Assembly (NCBI GenBank): GCA_001687465.1
Contig: LVLI01000140.1
Span: 124,001 to 188,000, forward strand
Source: Halocafeteria seosinensis
Taxonomy: Eukaryota
Reading direction: 5' to 3'
DNA: 64,000 nt
The notes under the pieces are model-generated. The model was not told the origin of the DNA. It searched no databases and saw only the letters and a list, made by a program, of their open reading frames with translations. A program made the translations under genes and the position numbers. This document shows, in pieces, positions 1-11,083 of the stretch (positions are counted from its first letter, which is position 1; each line of letters starts with the position of its first letter).

Positions 1-2
1 GG

Positions 3-1781
3 GTTCCTCCTTCGGAATTACCACACACTGGAGACGGACATTCTCCAAGGGAGGATGGGAATGGAACGTCTCCTTCCTTGGCGCAACAAATTGCTGCAAG
101 TTTTCATACCCCTCACGTGGAAACGCAACAGGACGCTTTGGAGTATTGGAGCGAAGAGGACGAAGAAGATGATTATTTATACTGGGAAGACGATTATGAT
201 ATTTTCGCATTGGCTGTGAGTGAAGCGCATATGGCTCCAGCGAGTGCAAACAGTACATCTCTACCTCAGCAACAAGGGGATACCAGTGTGGCTCCTGACA
301 GAAGTGTTAACAGGGAATCCACGAAAACGGCGGCGAAAGAAGGAGGAGGAGGTGTGAATAAACTGAAGAGTGAATGGGATAAGTGGAAAGGAAAGATTAA
401 TTTAGAAAGCATTCATAAGAAGACAGAGAACAAACCAAAACACACGGGAAAAGATGACCGCGCCACTGTTGAAAACGTCCTAGATCCGCGGACGCGTATG
501 ATACTATTCCGAATACTTAGTCAGGGAGTGATACGAGAAATTCATGGATGTATCTCAACTGGAAAGGAAGCCAACGTGTATCATGCTCTCTGCGATGCGA
601 ATAGAGAAACCGGTACTTCAACGGAGTTGGCAATAAAGATTTACAAAACGTCCATTCTCAGTTTCAAAGACAGGGACCGCTATGTTTCCGGAGAATACCG
701 ATTTCGAAACGGATATAGTAAGCATAATCCGAGAAAAATGGTGAAACTTTGGGCCGAAAAAGAGATGCGGAACCTTAAGAGAATACATGCGGAAGGAATT
801 CCATGTCCGGCGCCGTTGTTGTTGCGTTCCCATGTACTTCTAATGGACTTTATTGGGAAGGATGGAGTAGGTGCCCCACTACTGAAGGACGCTAAGTTGA
901 GCTCAGGGAAGTTATCGCAAGCGTATGAACAGTTAATCCGATATATGCGCCGCCTGTATCATAATTGTCACCTTGTTCACGCTGATCTTTCTGAATACAA
1001 TGCCCTTTGGATGGACGGAACGGTTTACTTAATTGATGTAAGTCAAAGCGTGGAAATGGATCATCCGAGAGCTTTGGATTTTCTCCGTATGGATTGTAGA
1101 AACATCACTAACTTCTTTCGAAAGAATCAGTTGTATACTATGTCTCCTAAAGAGTTGTTCGAATTTGTGGTCAATCCTGAGCGATTGACAGATAACCAAG
1201 AAGAGGAATACCTTGCCCGGATGCTGGCAATGGCGCAAGAGCGCGAAGCGAATCGAGACAAAAAAGAGGCGCTTACAGAGTCTACAGATGAAGCTGTTTT
1301 TATGCAATCTTTTATCCCGCAAACCCTGCATCAAATTGAAAACTTTGAAAAGGAACATGAAGACATCAAATCCGGAAACACTGAAGGCATATATCGCCAG
1401 GCTCTAGGGTCCTTGCCTAGTGATTACGAATATCGTACGGAGCAAAAGGAGGAAGGCGTTGTTGGAGCCACTAATAGTTCGATTCAGGCACTTCAGGCTA
1501 CCGGTGGAGTAACTGACCATTCTGAAAATGCAGTATTCGAACGCACGGAACAAAATGAAAACGCCTGTCGTTCTGACGGTGTTGACATACAGGAGACCAG
1601 CAACGTGAGTGGCACCGAGTCAGTTGGTTCAGGGGATAGCGTCCAATTCAGAATAAAGGACGCAACGAAGGAGGAGCGAAAGCAGCACAAGGCAGCTGTG
1701 AAAGCGGACAAGCGTGCTCAGCGTCAGAATAAAATCAAGAAACATATAAAGAAGCGGCATGAAAAAAGCAACAAAAAATGA
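3..1781 (+). CDS. RIOK1: RIO1 atypical Ser/Thr kinase (40S maturation), 5' end runs off the window
   Basis: Motifs DRATVENVLDPRTR, ISTGKEANVY, KIYKTSIL, WAEKEMRNL, LVHADLSEYN, IDVSQSVE and a basic C-terminal tail. The frame is open back to base 3. Confidence 0.95.
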   Translation, partial: VPPSELPHTGDGHSPREDGNGTSPSLAQQIAASFHTPHVETQQDALEYWSEEDEEDDYLYWEDDYDIFALAVSEAHMAPASANSTSLPQQQGDTSVAPDRSVNRESTKTAAKEGGGGVNKLKSEWDKWKGKINLESIHKKTENKPKHTGKDDRATVENVLDPRTRMILFRILSQGVIREIHGCISTGKEANVYHALCDANRETGTSTELAIKIYKTSILSFKDRDRYVSGEYRFRNGYSKHNPRKMVKLWAEKEMRNLKRIHAEGIPCPAPLLLRSHVLLMDFIGKDGVGAPLLKDAKLSSGKLSQAYEQLIRYMRRLYHNCHLVHADLSEYNALWMDGTVYLIDVSQSVEMDHPRALDFLRMDCRNITNFFRKNQLYTMSPKELFEFVVNPERLTDNQEEEYLARMLAMAQEREANRDKKEALTESTDEAVFMQSFIPQTLHQIENFEKEHEDIKSGNTEGIYRQALGSLPSDYEYRTEQKEEGVVGATNSSIQALQATGGVTDHSENAVFERTEQNENACRSDGVDIQETSNVSGTESVGSGDSVQFRIKDATKEERKQHKAAVKADKRAQRQNKIKKHIKKRHEKSNKK

Positions 1782-1791
1782 TCTAGGCAAG

Positions 1792-1792
<1 letters not shown>

Positions 1793-1825
<33 letters not shown>
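1793..1825. repeat. (TG)16 microsatellite
   Basis: Perfect TG run 12 bp after the RIO1 stop codon. Confidence 0.99.
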
Positions 1826-1826
<1 letters not shown>

Positions 1827-2559
1827 TACGGATTCTTTCGAGGGCAATGCCGGATCTCTCGGCTGGATCAAGCGACAAATACCGGTATTTCCCGCTGTAC
1901 GAAGCCCATGAGAGCACACTGCGAACAAGACGTTTGATTAAAAGTTTCCAGCATATGAATGGAGGCAAGGCTCTGAGAAGGACCTATGAAACAACGGAGA
2001 TTGCACAGACCTGGCTGGCACACTCATGGCGGGTGTAAAACTATAGTACATTTAGAAAGCAACTCTCAGCGATGGTGGAAATACCCTCGAAGTGTATGCA
2101 AGAATGAAGCTTCGGTTTCCACAGACCGAAGAACAAGAGATCTTCCTGCCCTTGGGGATATTTGAAAACCGGCTCCTGCAACTGCATCAGTGGAACAGAT
2201 TCTGAAGAGACAAGCGACATACCGCGAATGTGGCTTAATTGGTCGTTGGTCTTGTCCCAAATTGACTGTTAATATGTTATAACGGTATCTTGTTAGCGTT
2301 TCACAACCAATAAAGATAGTGCAGTTTTCGCTAAGTGCTGACAAAAATTGCCAAAGGGTACGCTCACCTCATTTATCGGCTGCACATATGCCACTTTGTT
2401 CTGATGAAATACCGGAGTCGCTCCAAAAGGAGAGTTGAGAGCGGGTCACCAGAAGCAGACAAGCCTCATCCCATATAGTTTGTTATGGTCTTGAGGTTAA
2501 AATGGTGTCAATTGCTTTATTCTCAAACGGTGTGTGATCCACATTATGGTATTACGCAG

Positions 2560-4358
2560 TCATACATCCACTTCTTCAGAAGGCGTCGTACGTATCAGGT
2601 TTTGATACATCGCCCTATCTTGGCCGTCAAAATCGTGTTCAGTGAAGCTCACTGATTTAGAAGAACATGCCCGGAGCAGGTCTCGCGCCTGTTCACGCGA
2701 TAGTAGGGGCTTCCTTTTGGCAACGGCAAGAAAACGTTCCTCATTGACGGTACTCGTGTTTCCTACTATCTCTAGTAATATGGGACGACGGTGAAGCCAC
2801 TTCAAAAGGTCATCACAAACCTGGTTGCAATAGTCATGAAGTGTGTTCTCCATGCGTTGCCGGAATTCTTTGCTAAAGAGCCTTTGAAAGGATGTACAAA
2901 GATGTCGAGTCTTATCCTTCGTCGCAGTGATTTCTTCGGCTATCTTCGCTGAAAGTCTTTGAGATATCGAAGGATATTTCGTCCGTAAATCGTCCCTAAG
3001 CAAGAACTCGTGCATTCTCACTTGGCGATTTTCTTTACCAAGCAAAATGTCCTCGGCATATCGATTCAAAAACGATTTCCACTCCTTCGAATTTTGGCAG
3101 TTTTCAAGCCCATGTCGGATGAAGTTACAGCACAGCAACGTGAACCAATGCCCAATACCATCACTTAAACAAGAAAACGATAGCATATCGTGCATGGAAC
3201 GTACGGAGAGCCGCTTAAGCATGGTACTGAGCAAGGACAACATAGCGGGGACCGAATTGCAGCTCCTATCTGTCTCCTCAGAATGCCTCTCAACAAGGTG
3301 TTTCAATACCGCGCAAGACAAAGGGAAATCAAGAGAACTTGGAAGTGCCTTTTTCTCCGCGTCATCCACTTCATCTTCGGAACTGGAGTCAAAGAACTCT
3401 TTAATCCGCGTAACGGACAGTTTAACCAAACGGCTCAGCCACGCTTTATCGAAGGTAGCAATACTCGAAAGCATTCTTTTTCGTGCAATAGGATGACTCG
3501 TCAAGGCAGCGTAAAGTATATACGGCTCTATAACAGTAGTCTGGTTCTGGGCTTGCGCACCCGTGGCAGTCTCTTCTTTGTTTTGCGTTTGCGATCTTTG
3601 ATGACTGCTAGACGAAACTTGCGATACATTTTCAGTTGCAGTGTTTGAGGTAGCGGCATCATCAGGGCGACTGGGAGTGTCAACTTGCTCAATTTCTTCG
3701 TCATTCGACAAACTTTCCTCTCCGTCAGTGCTAACAGCAACTTTTCCCCGATTCAGGGGCGGTGTGTCAGCTGTACTTTCTGTTTCACTCTTGGAGTCCG
3801 ATTTAGCGTCTTCTAAAGAAGGGGAGTCCAGAGCCACAGGACCATGCAATTGCTGTGTCTGTTTAACCGGCATATCATACTCGTTTCCCTTTGAAGCCTT
3901 CTGGGACGCTACCGGTATTCGCTTTGATGGACTCGACGGTGGAGGGCGTCGTTTACGCGCCCTTCCGCCTTCTGTTCTATCTCTTTCGCCTTGCTGACCG
4001 TGTTTCCTTGAGGAAGATACTTTGCCACTGTTTGACTGCAATTCATCCAATGACGTGCTTGTCTCACTGGGGGTAAAATGCTGAACTCGTGTCCGCCGCC
4101 GGCGTCTGCAAAGATAACATTGGCATCCACAGCTGACGCCATCAGCCCAAACAAAGGATCCCTAACTTACGAGGAAGAGCCGGCAGAGTCAATCAAGTTT
4201 ACCTTGGAGGCCGGAAACCACTCATTACGATCTGAGCTCCAGTTGTCGAACTTAATGTAATAACTATTACTCTCCCCATCAACGTCCTCCACCACGCCTG
4301 AATAGACCATGCTCTTCCCATAGTCCACCACAACGCGGGAGCCTTTCGATACTGTCAT
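2560..4358 (-). CDS. Protein with N-terminal Tudor/chromo-barrel-like domain, disordered linker and helical C-terminal domain
   Basis: Exon 1 encodes KGSRVVVDYGKSMVYSGVVEDVDGESNSYYIKFDNWSSDRNEWFP. A GTAAGT...TTTGCAG intron (about 4170-4106) joins it in frame to the 2560..4050 ORF. Confidence 0.7.
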
Positions 4359-5075
4359 ACTCGCACTTGGTGGTCGTGTGGTGGTACTAATAGCTCGTCC
4401 ACAATTGGGAATATGCCCCTGTGAACAGCAATATGGCGTGAAGCAGCTCCACGTTCCCGGCAGTGGCGCGATCAACACTGCCCCTACAGTGCAGAGAAAA
4501 GTGCACCCACCAAAAGAACCAACCAAACAAATTGTGTATATATACCTCATCGACTATCGTACTGTACACTCCATGCAGCTAACGAGCCAACTTCATAAGC
4601 GTCAATCTTTTCGTCTACCTTTGGCCGGAATTCAGACTTGTTGGTGCTGCGTCATGTGCGCGTTACCACAGTGCCTCTGTTATCACCTGATAGGTGTAAT
4701 ATTAATATTGCTTTATTAAATGCGGAAACATGCTACTATAATGGGAAAATCTGCAGAATTGGCACCGAACTGGCCATTCGCGTTCCATGCAAAGTGACTT
4801 AGTAATTCCTACCAACGAGGAGGATGGCTGACGGCACTGCCGAAAATTTTGCAGGATGCGACTTGCCGACGGCAAGGACTAATCAACTAGTATCTAAGAA
4901 TAATGCCTACGGCGGCGTATGCTAGAATGGTTCTGAATTGGTTTTCACCATATTGACCCAAATTGGTCAAAACCCGGCAGGACATCTGCAACAAGGTTCT
5001 TCTTTAGCTTACCAGAATGTTCCCATGAGCCAAGTCAAGCAGCAAGGGCTGAGACAGAGGGCAGAGCTGAGATGT

Positions 5076-7198
5076 TTATAGAGATACCTCCAGTGGCGGA
5101 GAAGGCCTTCTCTTGCGCTTTCTTTGTCCAGAGTCACGCGGTCGGGTTTTAGCCTCTACTGAATCCTTCCGTAACACGGCCAGGTCAGCACTGCTGAATA
5201 GATTCGGATAAGGGGACTCCAAACCACCGTAGTTTACCCATTTTCTGTACGCAGCCTGCTTCAAAGCATCCAAGTCTCTTCCACTCGAGAGTACGTCAGG
5301 AAGAATACCACGAGATATGAGGAAATATTCGGTAATGCTTCCCAGACGGAATGGGACAGTTTGACCAGACGCTTTGCCGACAGAAGTTTGAGCGGCGTAG
5401 AATCCCAGCTTCTTCTGAGAGTGCAAGTTATGCCAAGCACGAAGGAGGTCACTGATTGTTGAACAGAGTTCGTCCGTGGACCAATTTCCATCTACTTGGT
5501 CTCCTTGCATCCGCTCAAACAACAGAAGAGCTTGAACCGTCATATCCAATGTTTCCGCTATAACTTTGGCCGCTTCTCCCATATACAAAAGCGAAATATG
5601 CGCCACCAAATGTCTAACCGACTGCACTAGGTGTTCTAGGCAGTTGTTTACCTGGGACGTGCGCTCTACTGCCTGTGCGTCCTGAGATAAAGTAAAATAG
5701 TGGAAAGCTAGCTGTGTCGAGGCCCTATTAAATTGTAGGGTTGCAATTCGGTCAAAGCCGATGTTGAAGACGGTATACATTTGGTCATATAACTCAATAG
5801 CTTCGTCTTGATTTCCCTCCGACATCCGAATTTTGCTCAAGACATTGAAAATGCCGACAGAGAGCTTGCGTTGCAGTCTAAGCTGATCGAATAGCGAGCG
5901 TTCAGTAAGTCGGTATTCCTCTAGCGGGGTCGAACTATGAAGATACTGCGGATAGGGGTAACCAATCAGACGGTGGTGTTCATAAACGAAGCGCACCAAA
6001 ACGAACATACCTGAAGCACTTCCCCAAGTAAAGGAGCACTTTGTGGAATCTCTTCTCCCAGCATCTCCTGCAGGAACTCGGAGCTGGCACTGCGAGAAAG
6101 ATGACTACGCGCATAGTTCAAGAGAACAACTCGTGCTTTCGAGTGAAGTGTTCCAAAAGTTCTTTCGTATCGACTTCTTAGCTGCCTAAGACAAGAGAGG
6201 GAAAGGTTTTCATTTCGGGTTCTCTGGTTTGTTAACTGCAGCTGCAGCCAGGAAGCACCAACATCGGAGTTTTCGCTCGGACCTAAGACCCCAGCAGTAG
6301 AAGCAAAGTAATGTTTTGCAATATCTGCGGTTTCATTCCATAGAGTTTCATTCCCTTCTTGGGCAGTCATAACGAGTAAAGTGCGCCAAGTTTCCCAGGG
6401 AACTTGCGACATATCTTGACCACTATCCAGCAATTTGTGGAAGTGCACATTAGCAGCCTGATTTTGCTTATGTCGACATAACTGGTTAATGATCTCGGCA
6501 TGAATAATCACAGAAATACTGTTGGGAGATTCAGAAAGGCTTTTCAAAATCTTCTCTACGTAAAACCATTGGTTCTGCGAAAAAAGTCTCCTCAACAGAC
6601 TTGCGCATAGTCCACTAATTTGCGTGCTATGAAACAGGTCAGTTCGATTAAGCGCAGCATAGAATATTTCTATCGCTTGTTCAAACTCTTCCTCACTACG
6701 GAGATGAGCAAAGTACTTCTCTAGGGTCTGTATGGAGACACTTCCTCCCGCTTCCAGAGTGCGTAGGAGAATTGTACCAACGCATCCAACATGCCGTCGC
6801 TTCAGTGCCGCCGAGACAGCGACATCTAATGTTGCCACAGGGACTTGCAGAAGCCCCTGCTCGATAATATCCTCATCAGACTCGTTCCCAGGATCTTGGC
6901 TCTCGAATTGTTGGCCTGCTCTGTAAGCCTCAGCCAAATCCAGAGGTGGTTCTTGCGTCAGCCCAATGCTATTCCAGCTATTGCCGGTCTCTCCTGTTCC
7001 ACAGGCCTTCACCAGGGCTCGTAAGAGCCTCCCGGCATGCCCACTCTCGGCTGCCTTACGAATAAGGCCCTCTGTATAGCTCGTAGCATCCCGTGCTGTC
7101 GAGAAATGAGGCAGTCTGAATGGAATGCGCGTCATAGACGACCAAAGAGTGCACGGTATTTTCGATGCCACCCCTCTACACCGTGCTAGCATTGCCAT
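5076..7198 (-). CDS. Helical-repeat (PPR-like) protein with a presequence-like N-terminus
   Basis: Two ORFs are joined in frame by a GTATGT...CCGCAG intron (about 6010-5946). PPR-like helices include HAEIINQLCRHKQNQAANVHFHKL and NVLSKIRMSEGNQDEAIELYDQM. The N-terminus is Arg-rich and acid-poor. Confidence 0.55.
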
Positions 7199-7695
7199 CG
7201 AATCGTCTCATCGCTCAAACGCTGAGCAATGCAGGAGTGTATTTGGTCTTCAATGACGTGGCTCCATGGGTCAGTCAAACAAGGCACTTTCGTTTTCGGC
7301 GGAAAAATAGACACCACCCTATACATGTATCATGTATACCGTACATGTGAGGTTAACAGTTCAACCTCTCTGTGATACACTGTGTCATTGTTGGTACTGA
7401 CGAGACCTGGCCCAGCGGCTCCACTTCACAAAGTGCACGATGCCAAGCAGCTGAGTGGAGGGGGATTGGTGTGTTATGCACAAGAAACCCTGGTTGGTAT
7501 GCACAAGCTTTCAAACGCGAATACACCCACCCCACAGAATTCGAGAAAACAATGACACGACGGTCGCAACGAGAAAAGCTGTTCAAGACGCGAGCAGCTC
7601 GCGTCCAGCGAACTTTGCGCTGTTCTCACCCTCCTTCTGAACCCGCTATTCAACCCGCCCTCTCGTTAAAGGAAAAGCAATACAGACAAACAAAG

Positions 7696-9216
7696 ATGGC
7701 GGTACGGGTGATTATGGTCTTGCCTTTCCTCATGGGACAAATTGCAGCTGGGAATGACCTTCGGAACGAGGAACCCTGCATCAGTTACGATTCCAGTCAG
7801 GGGATGCTCACTCAAACATGCGACATTGATTGGAACGCTCGAGAATATGGAAACAGCGATCACATTACGTTGGGACCGAACGAGATATTTGATGGGCAGA
7901 ATTTCACCATTGACTTAGCGGGAATGGACGATTTTGCTGGCCTATTCAACATGGAGAGCAGTGTGGACTCTTTTGAGAATGCTCCCTTGATTCAGCATGT
8001 CCACACATTACACGGAGTAACTGCAAGGAGTGGTGCGTTCATAGTTCGAGAAAACCAAAGATTCTTCCGAGTAAACCATTGTAGCGCTACGGGGGAAATT
8101 CGAGCTGCAGGCATCTGCTGCAGTGGTGGGATCGCGGGCCAGGCCGTAGGCCAGGATGGAGGAGTCATCGAAATTACGAACTCATATACAACTGGAGATA
8201 TGATCGACGGGCTCACCGGGGGCATAGTGGGAGATTGAGTCGCTAGGAATGGTGGTACAGCAACCATAACCGACTGCTACTCCACCGGCGAAATTAGAGG
8301 TCCACGGGCAGGTGGAATTTGCGGAGATGACCCTGGTTACGAAGGTGGCACAGTTCATGTTGTTCGTTGTTATTCTACAGGGGATATTAAAGGCGAAGGG
8401 AGTGGAGGGATTGTTGGTGAACATGCGGGATGGAAAGGTGGTTTTGTCAGTGTGTCCCAGTGTTTTTCTACAGGGAACGTGGAAGGAAGTCAAAGTGGTG
8501 GTATTTCTGGAAGAAATGCAGCTCAGAAGGACGGCATCTTCGAGATTTCAGACTCATATAGCACTGGAAATGTCAAAGAAAGCAGCGGAACAGGTGGAAT
8601 ATGTGGTGCCAATACCGGCGAGGAAGGTGGCATTGTTCGAATCCAAAATGTGTACATGTTGTCCAGTGTTCCTCACGGAAGACCATTCCTGCTTGGAAGT
8701 ATCTCTTCGTCAGCTCAGAAAGTGCAGGTCAAATACTCAGTGCATGATAGTGATGTGGACAACGGAAACATTGTAGATGAAGACACGGCTGACATTCTCG
8801 ATAGCCATGGAAATTCTGCTGATCTTGATGACATCAGAGGTAAATTATACCAGACGTCCACGCACATATGGCCTGCTCAGGTGTGGTTTATCCGGTCTGG
8901 CGGCAAGTATCCTGAATTAAGAAACATCCCTACGGTTCAACCTGCTGGGACCGCCGTCCCCACACCAAGGATAACACCATCAGCAAGCCCCTCCAAGAGC
9001 TCATCGCGCACAACGGCAACTCCTTCAAGACCAGGGTCCACCAAGCAGTCTCTACCTGCAACTACACCACTCCCCAGTTCTCCGAGTGCAACTCCCAGGG
9101 AAACAGTTAACCCTTCCCCAGAGGCGCTTCCTTCACATCGTATGCCTCGATGCATGGAGCTATTGGTTCAGTATCCACAAAGAGCCGTGAAACAAACTAC
9201 AGAAGTTCGTGCATAG
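7696..9216 (+). pseudogene. Secreted GLUG-like repeat protein with a P/S/T-rich tail, interrupted by one in-frame TGA (8236-8238)
   Basis: Signal-like MAVRVIMVLPFLMGQIAAG, then about six GGIxG...IxxxYSTG repeats. ORFs 7372..8238 and 8452..9216 share a frame and the sequence between them is open. Confidence 0.75.
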
Positions 9217-9668
9217 GAGCATCATTATTGTGGACGGCAGAATACATCGAGTCATTCCATCCTTGTGCTTAGCGCCAAGGCCTTAGTTCGTTTCCGCAAT
9301 CAACAACAGTACGTTAGTTCTCCCCGAAGACCCCCCTGTAGTGTACAGCTTACGACGGCTGAAGAATAACGTCAGGTGTTCGCTAGTGTGAGTCTGTAAT
9401 CCTACAAGCACATTTACCACTTCGAGAAGAGTATTGGATAGAACGGCTGCTTCTTCAGTAGACCGAGCTAACACACTGAAAATAGGCAGATTAACGGTCA
9501 GCGGACCAGCACTCGCGAGCGACGGTTCCGTCTTGCTTTTAATTTTCGGGCAGGGCCAAGCATCGGGGCAGCCTTTTTTTCTAAAATGCCAGTGTCAGTC
9601 TCTAAGATGAAACCGGACTTCAGATAATGCACAATCCCAAAACGATGAATAATTCGTAGGCTTTCTAG

Positions 9669-10636
9669 TCACTCCTGAGTTTCTCGTTTTCTTATGTAGT
9701 CCATCGCTCGTGTGTCTTCAACGACTTGCTTCATGAGGTTCGAACCAGTAGTATCAGTGATGGGGTGATCCTGAGAATGAGACATGGATCTCTTAGCTGT
9801 TGACTGGGAAGTCTCTGTGTAGCTTTCAAACTCTGGAGACACTCTATACGAAGCGTTTATCTTAGTCTTGTGCGAGGTACCATCCGGTCGCGTTATAGTT
9901 GCCTCGCTTGGATCTTCCATCGCGTTTGTCGCGGCAATGGTAGAGTGCTTCTGCTGATAAGTATCGGAACCATAGTATACTCTTCCACTTAAAGGGTCCA
10001 TACCGGGACTGTCGGAAGCGCTGATGTGATCGTTTTGCTCTCGATACTGCTGAAACGCTGACACGTCATCCTGTGTTCCATGATACCCTGCTATTGGGTA
10101 CATTCTAGGATTCTCTAGTTGCTGTCTATCTAGATCAATATGGCGTTCTCGTTGAGCATTTCGTTTGGCTTTAAGTTCGTCCATGTCCTTTGTAGAGAGT
10201 CCAATCGCTTGGAGCATTTCAGCGTCCGTAAAGCCGAAGTTACCGGACTGCGAAGAAACAATACGTCCCATGAAGTTTCCAGTACAATAGGAGAGAGAAG
10301 CCTATGGACAGCTGAACTGTGGTAATTCAAGGAGGACGAACTACATACCTGGAGCAATCTGGGGTTAAGACTACGCATCATGGCCCATTCATTCAAGATC
10401 ATCCGTACTTCCCACCACCCTCGTTGCATTTCTTTCGCGGCCTGCTCTCGCTCGGGCGTCTGCTCGTGTGTGAGTTTTGCTTGCATCGATTGACGTGAGC
10501 GCCTCATTCGACCCAGGGAATGCCCCATAGTGTAGCCTGCATATCGAGCGCAGGTTCTCAAGCCAGTTCGTCCTAAAGTATACAGTCCAATGCCCGAGAC
10601 CACCGCCATCTTGCATAATCCACTGATCAAACCCAT
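9669..10636 (-). CDS. TatB-like protein (candidate mitochondrial Tat subunit)
   Basis: N-terminal hydrophobic helix, Gly hinge, amphipathic helix ARYAGYTMGHSLGRMRRSR, then KEMQ...LNP. A phase-0 GTATGT intron at 10348 joins in frame to the 9669..10271 ORF. Confidence 0.5.
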
Positions 10637-10660
10637 CTCACTTATGCGCTTCTTTCGTCT

Positions 10661-10709
10661 GCCAATGACACCAGCAAACAGCCGAAAATGGGCTCTTATA
10701 GAGCCTCAA
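10661..10709 (+). repeat. Imperfect direct repeat, copy 1 (copy 2 at 11953..12001)
   Basis: gccaatgacaccagcaaacagccgaaaatgggctcttatagagcctcaa versus gccaaacgcaccaacaaacagccgaaaatggactcgtatagaggcccaa. Confidence 0.85.
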
Positions 10710-11083
10710 ATTAAGCCCTCAATTGTCCGGGAGAGCCAACCAACTTCAATGCAGGTCCAACCCACCAAGTCCCGAAAGTTCAGCAGGAACTCAGTGAGAA
10801 CTCAACAAACAGGCCAGTCTACTGGCCAAGAGGAAAAAGCTTGGGGTGGAATATCTCCCCAGCTCTGTAGCGCCTACATGGCTCACCTTCTACTTTTCTC
10901 AACACTAAAACTAAAAAACTAAAACTCCGGAGCGACACAAGACACACTCCGGGGTAAAACTACCATGCCTACAAAAGCAAGCAAAGCGTATATTATAGGC
11001 CTACAGGCAAAAGAAAGGAACAACAGCTACTACAACGAGTGAACAATTGAAGCGTCACTAAACAAGGTGAGGGCGCGTGTATA

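Noticed and set aside
1826..2555. Extra 3' exons of the Tudor gene or a separate small gene
   Set aside because: Trial splices from GTATGA at about 2565 hit stops. The ORF ends plausibly at EEVDV* and no motif is recognisable.
4730..4960. Possible MITE with terminal inverted repeats
   Set aside because: The ends match only loosely and no target-site duplication is evident.
7372..7695. N-terminal extension of the GLUG ORF given by the ORF track
   Set aside because: It uses a non-ATG start, and the signal-peptide-like sequence begins at ATG 7696.
9217..9660. SECIS element, or a snRNA/Pol III RNA ending at the T7 run near 9574
   Set aside because: I found no clear AUGA/GA core with an apical AA loop and no U-snRNA signature, only a small hairpin.
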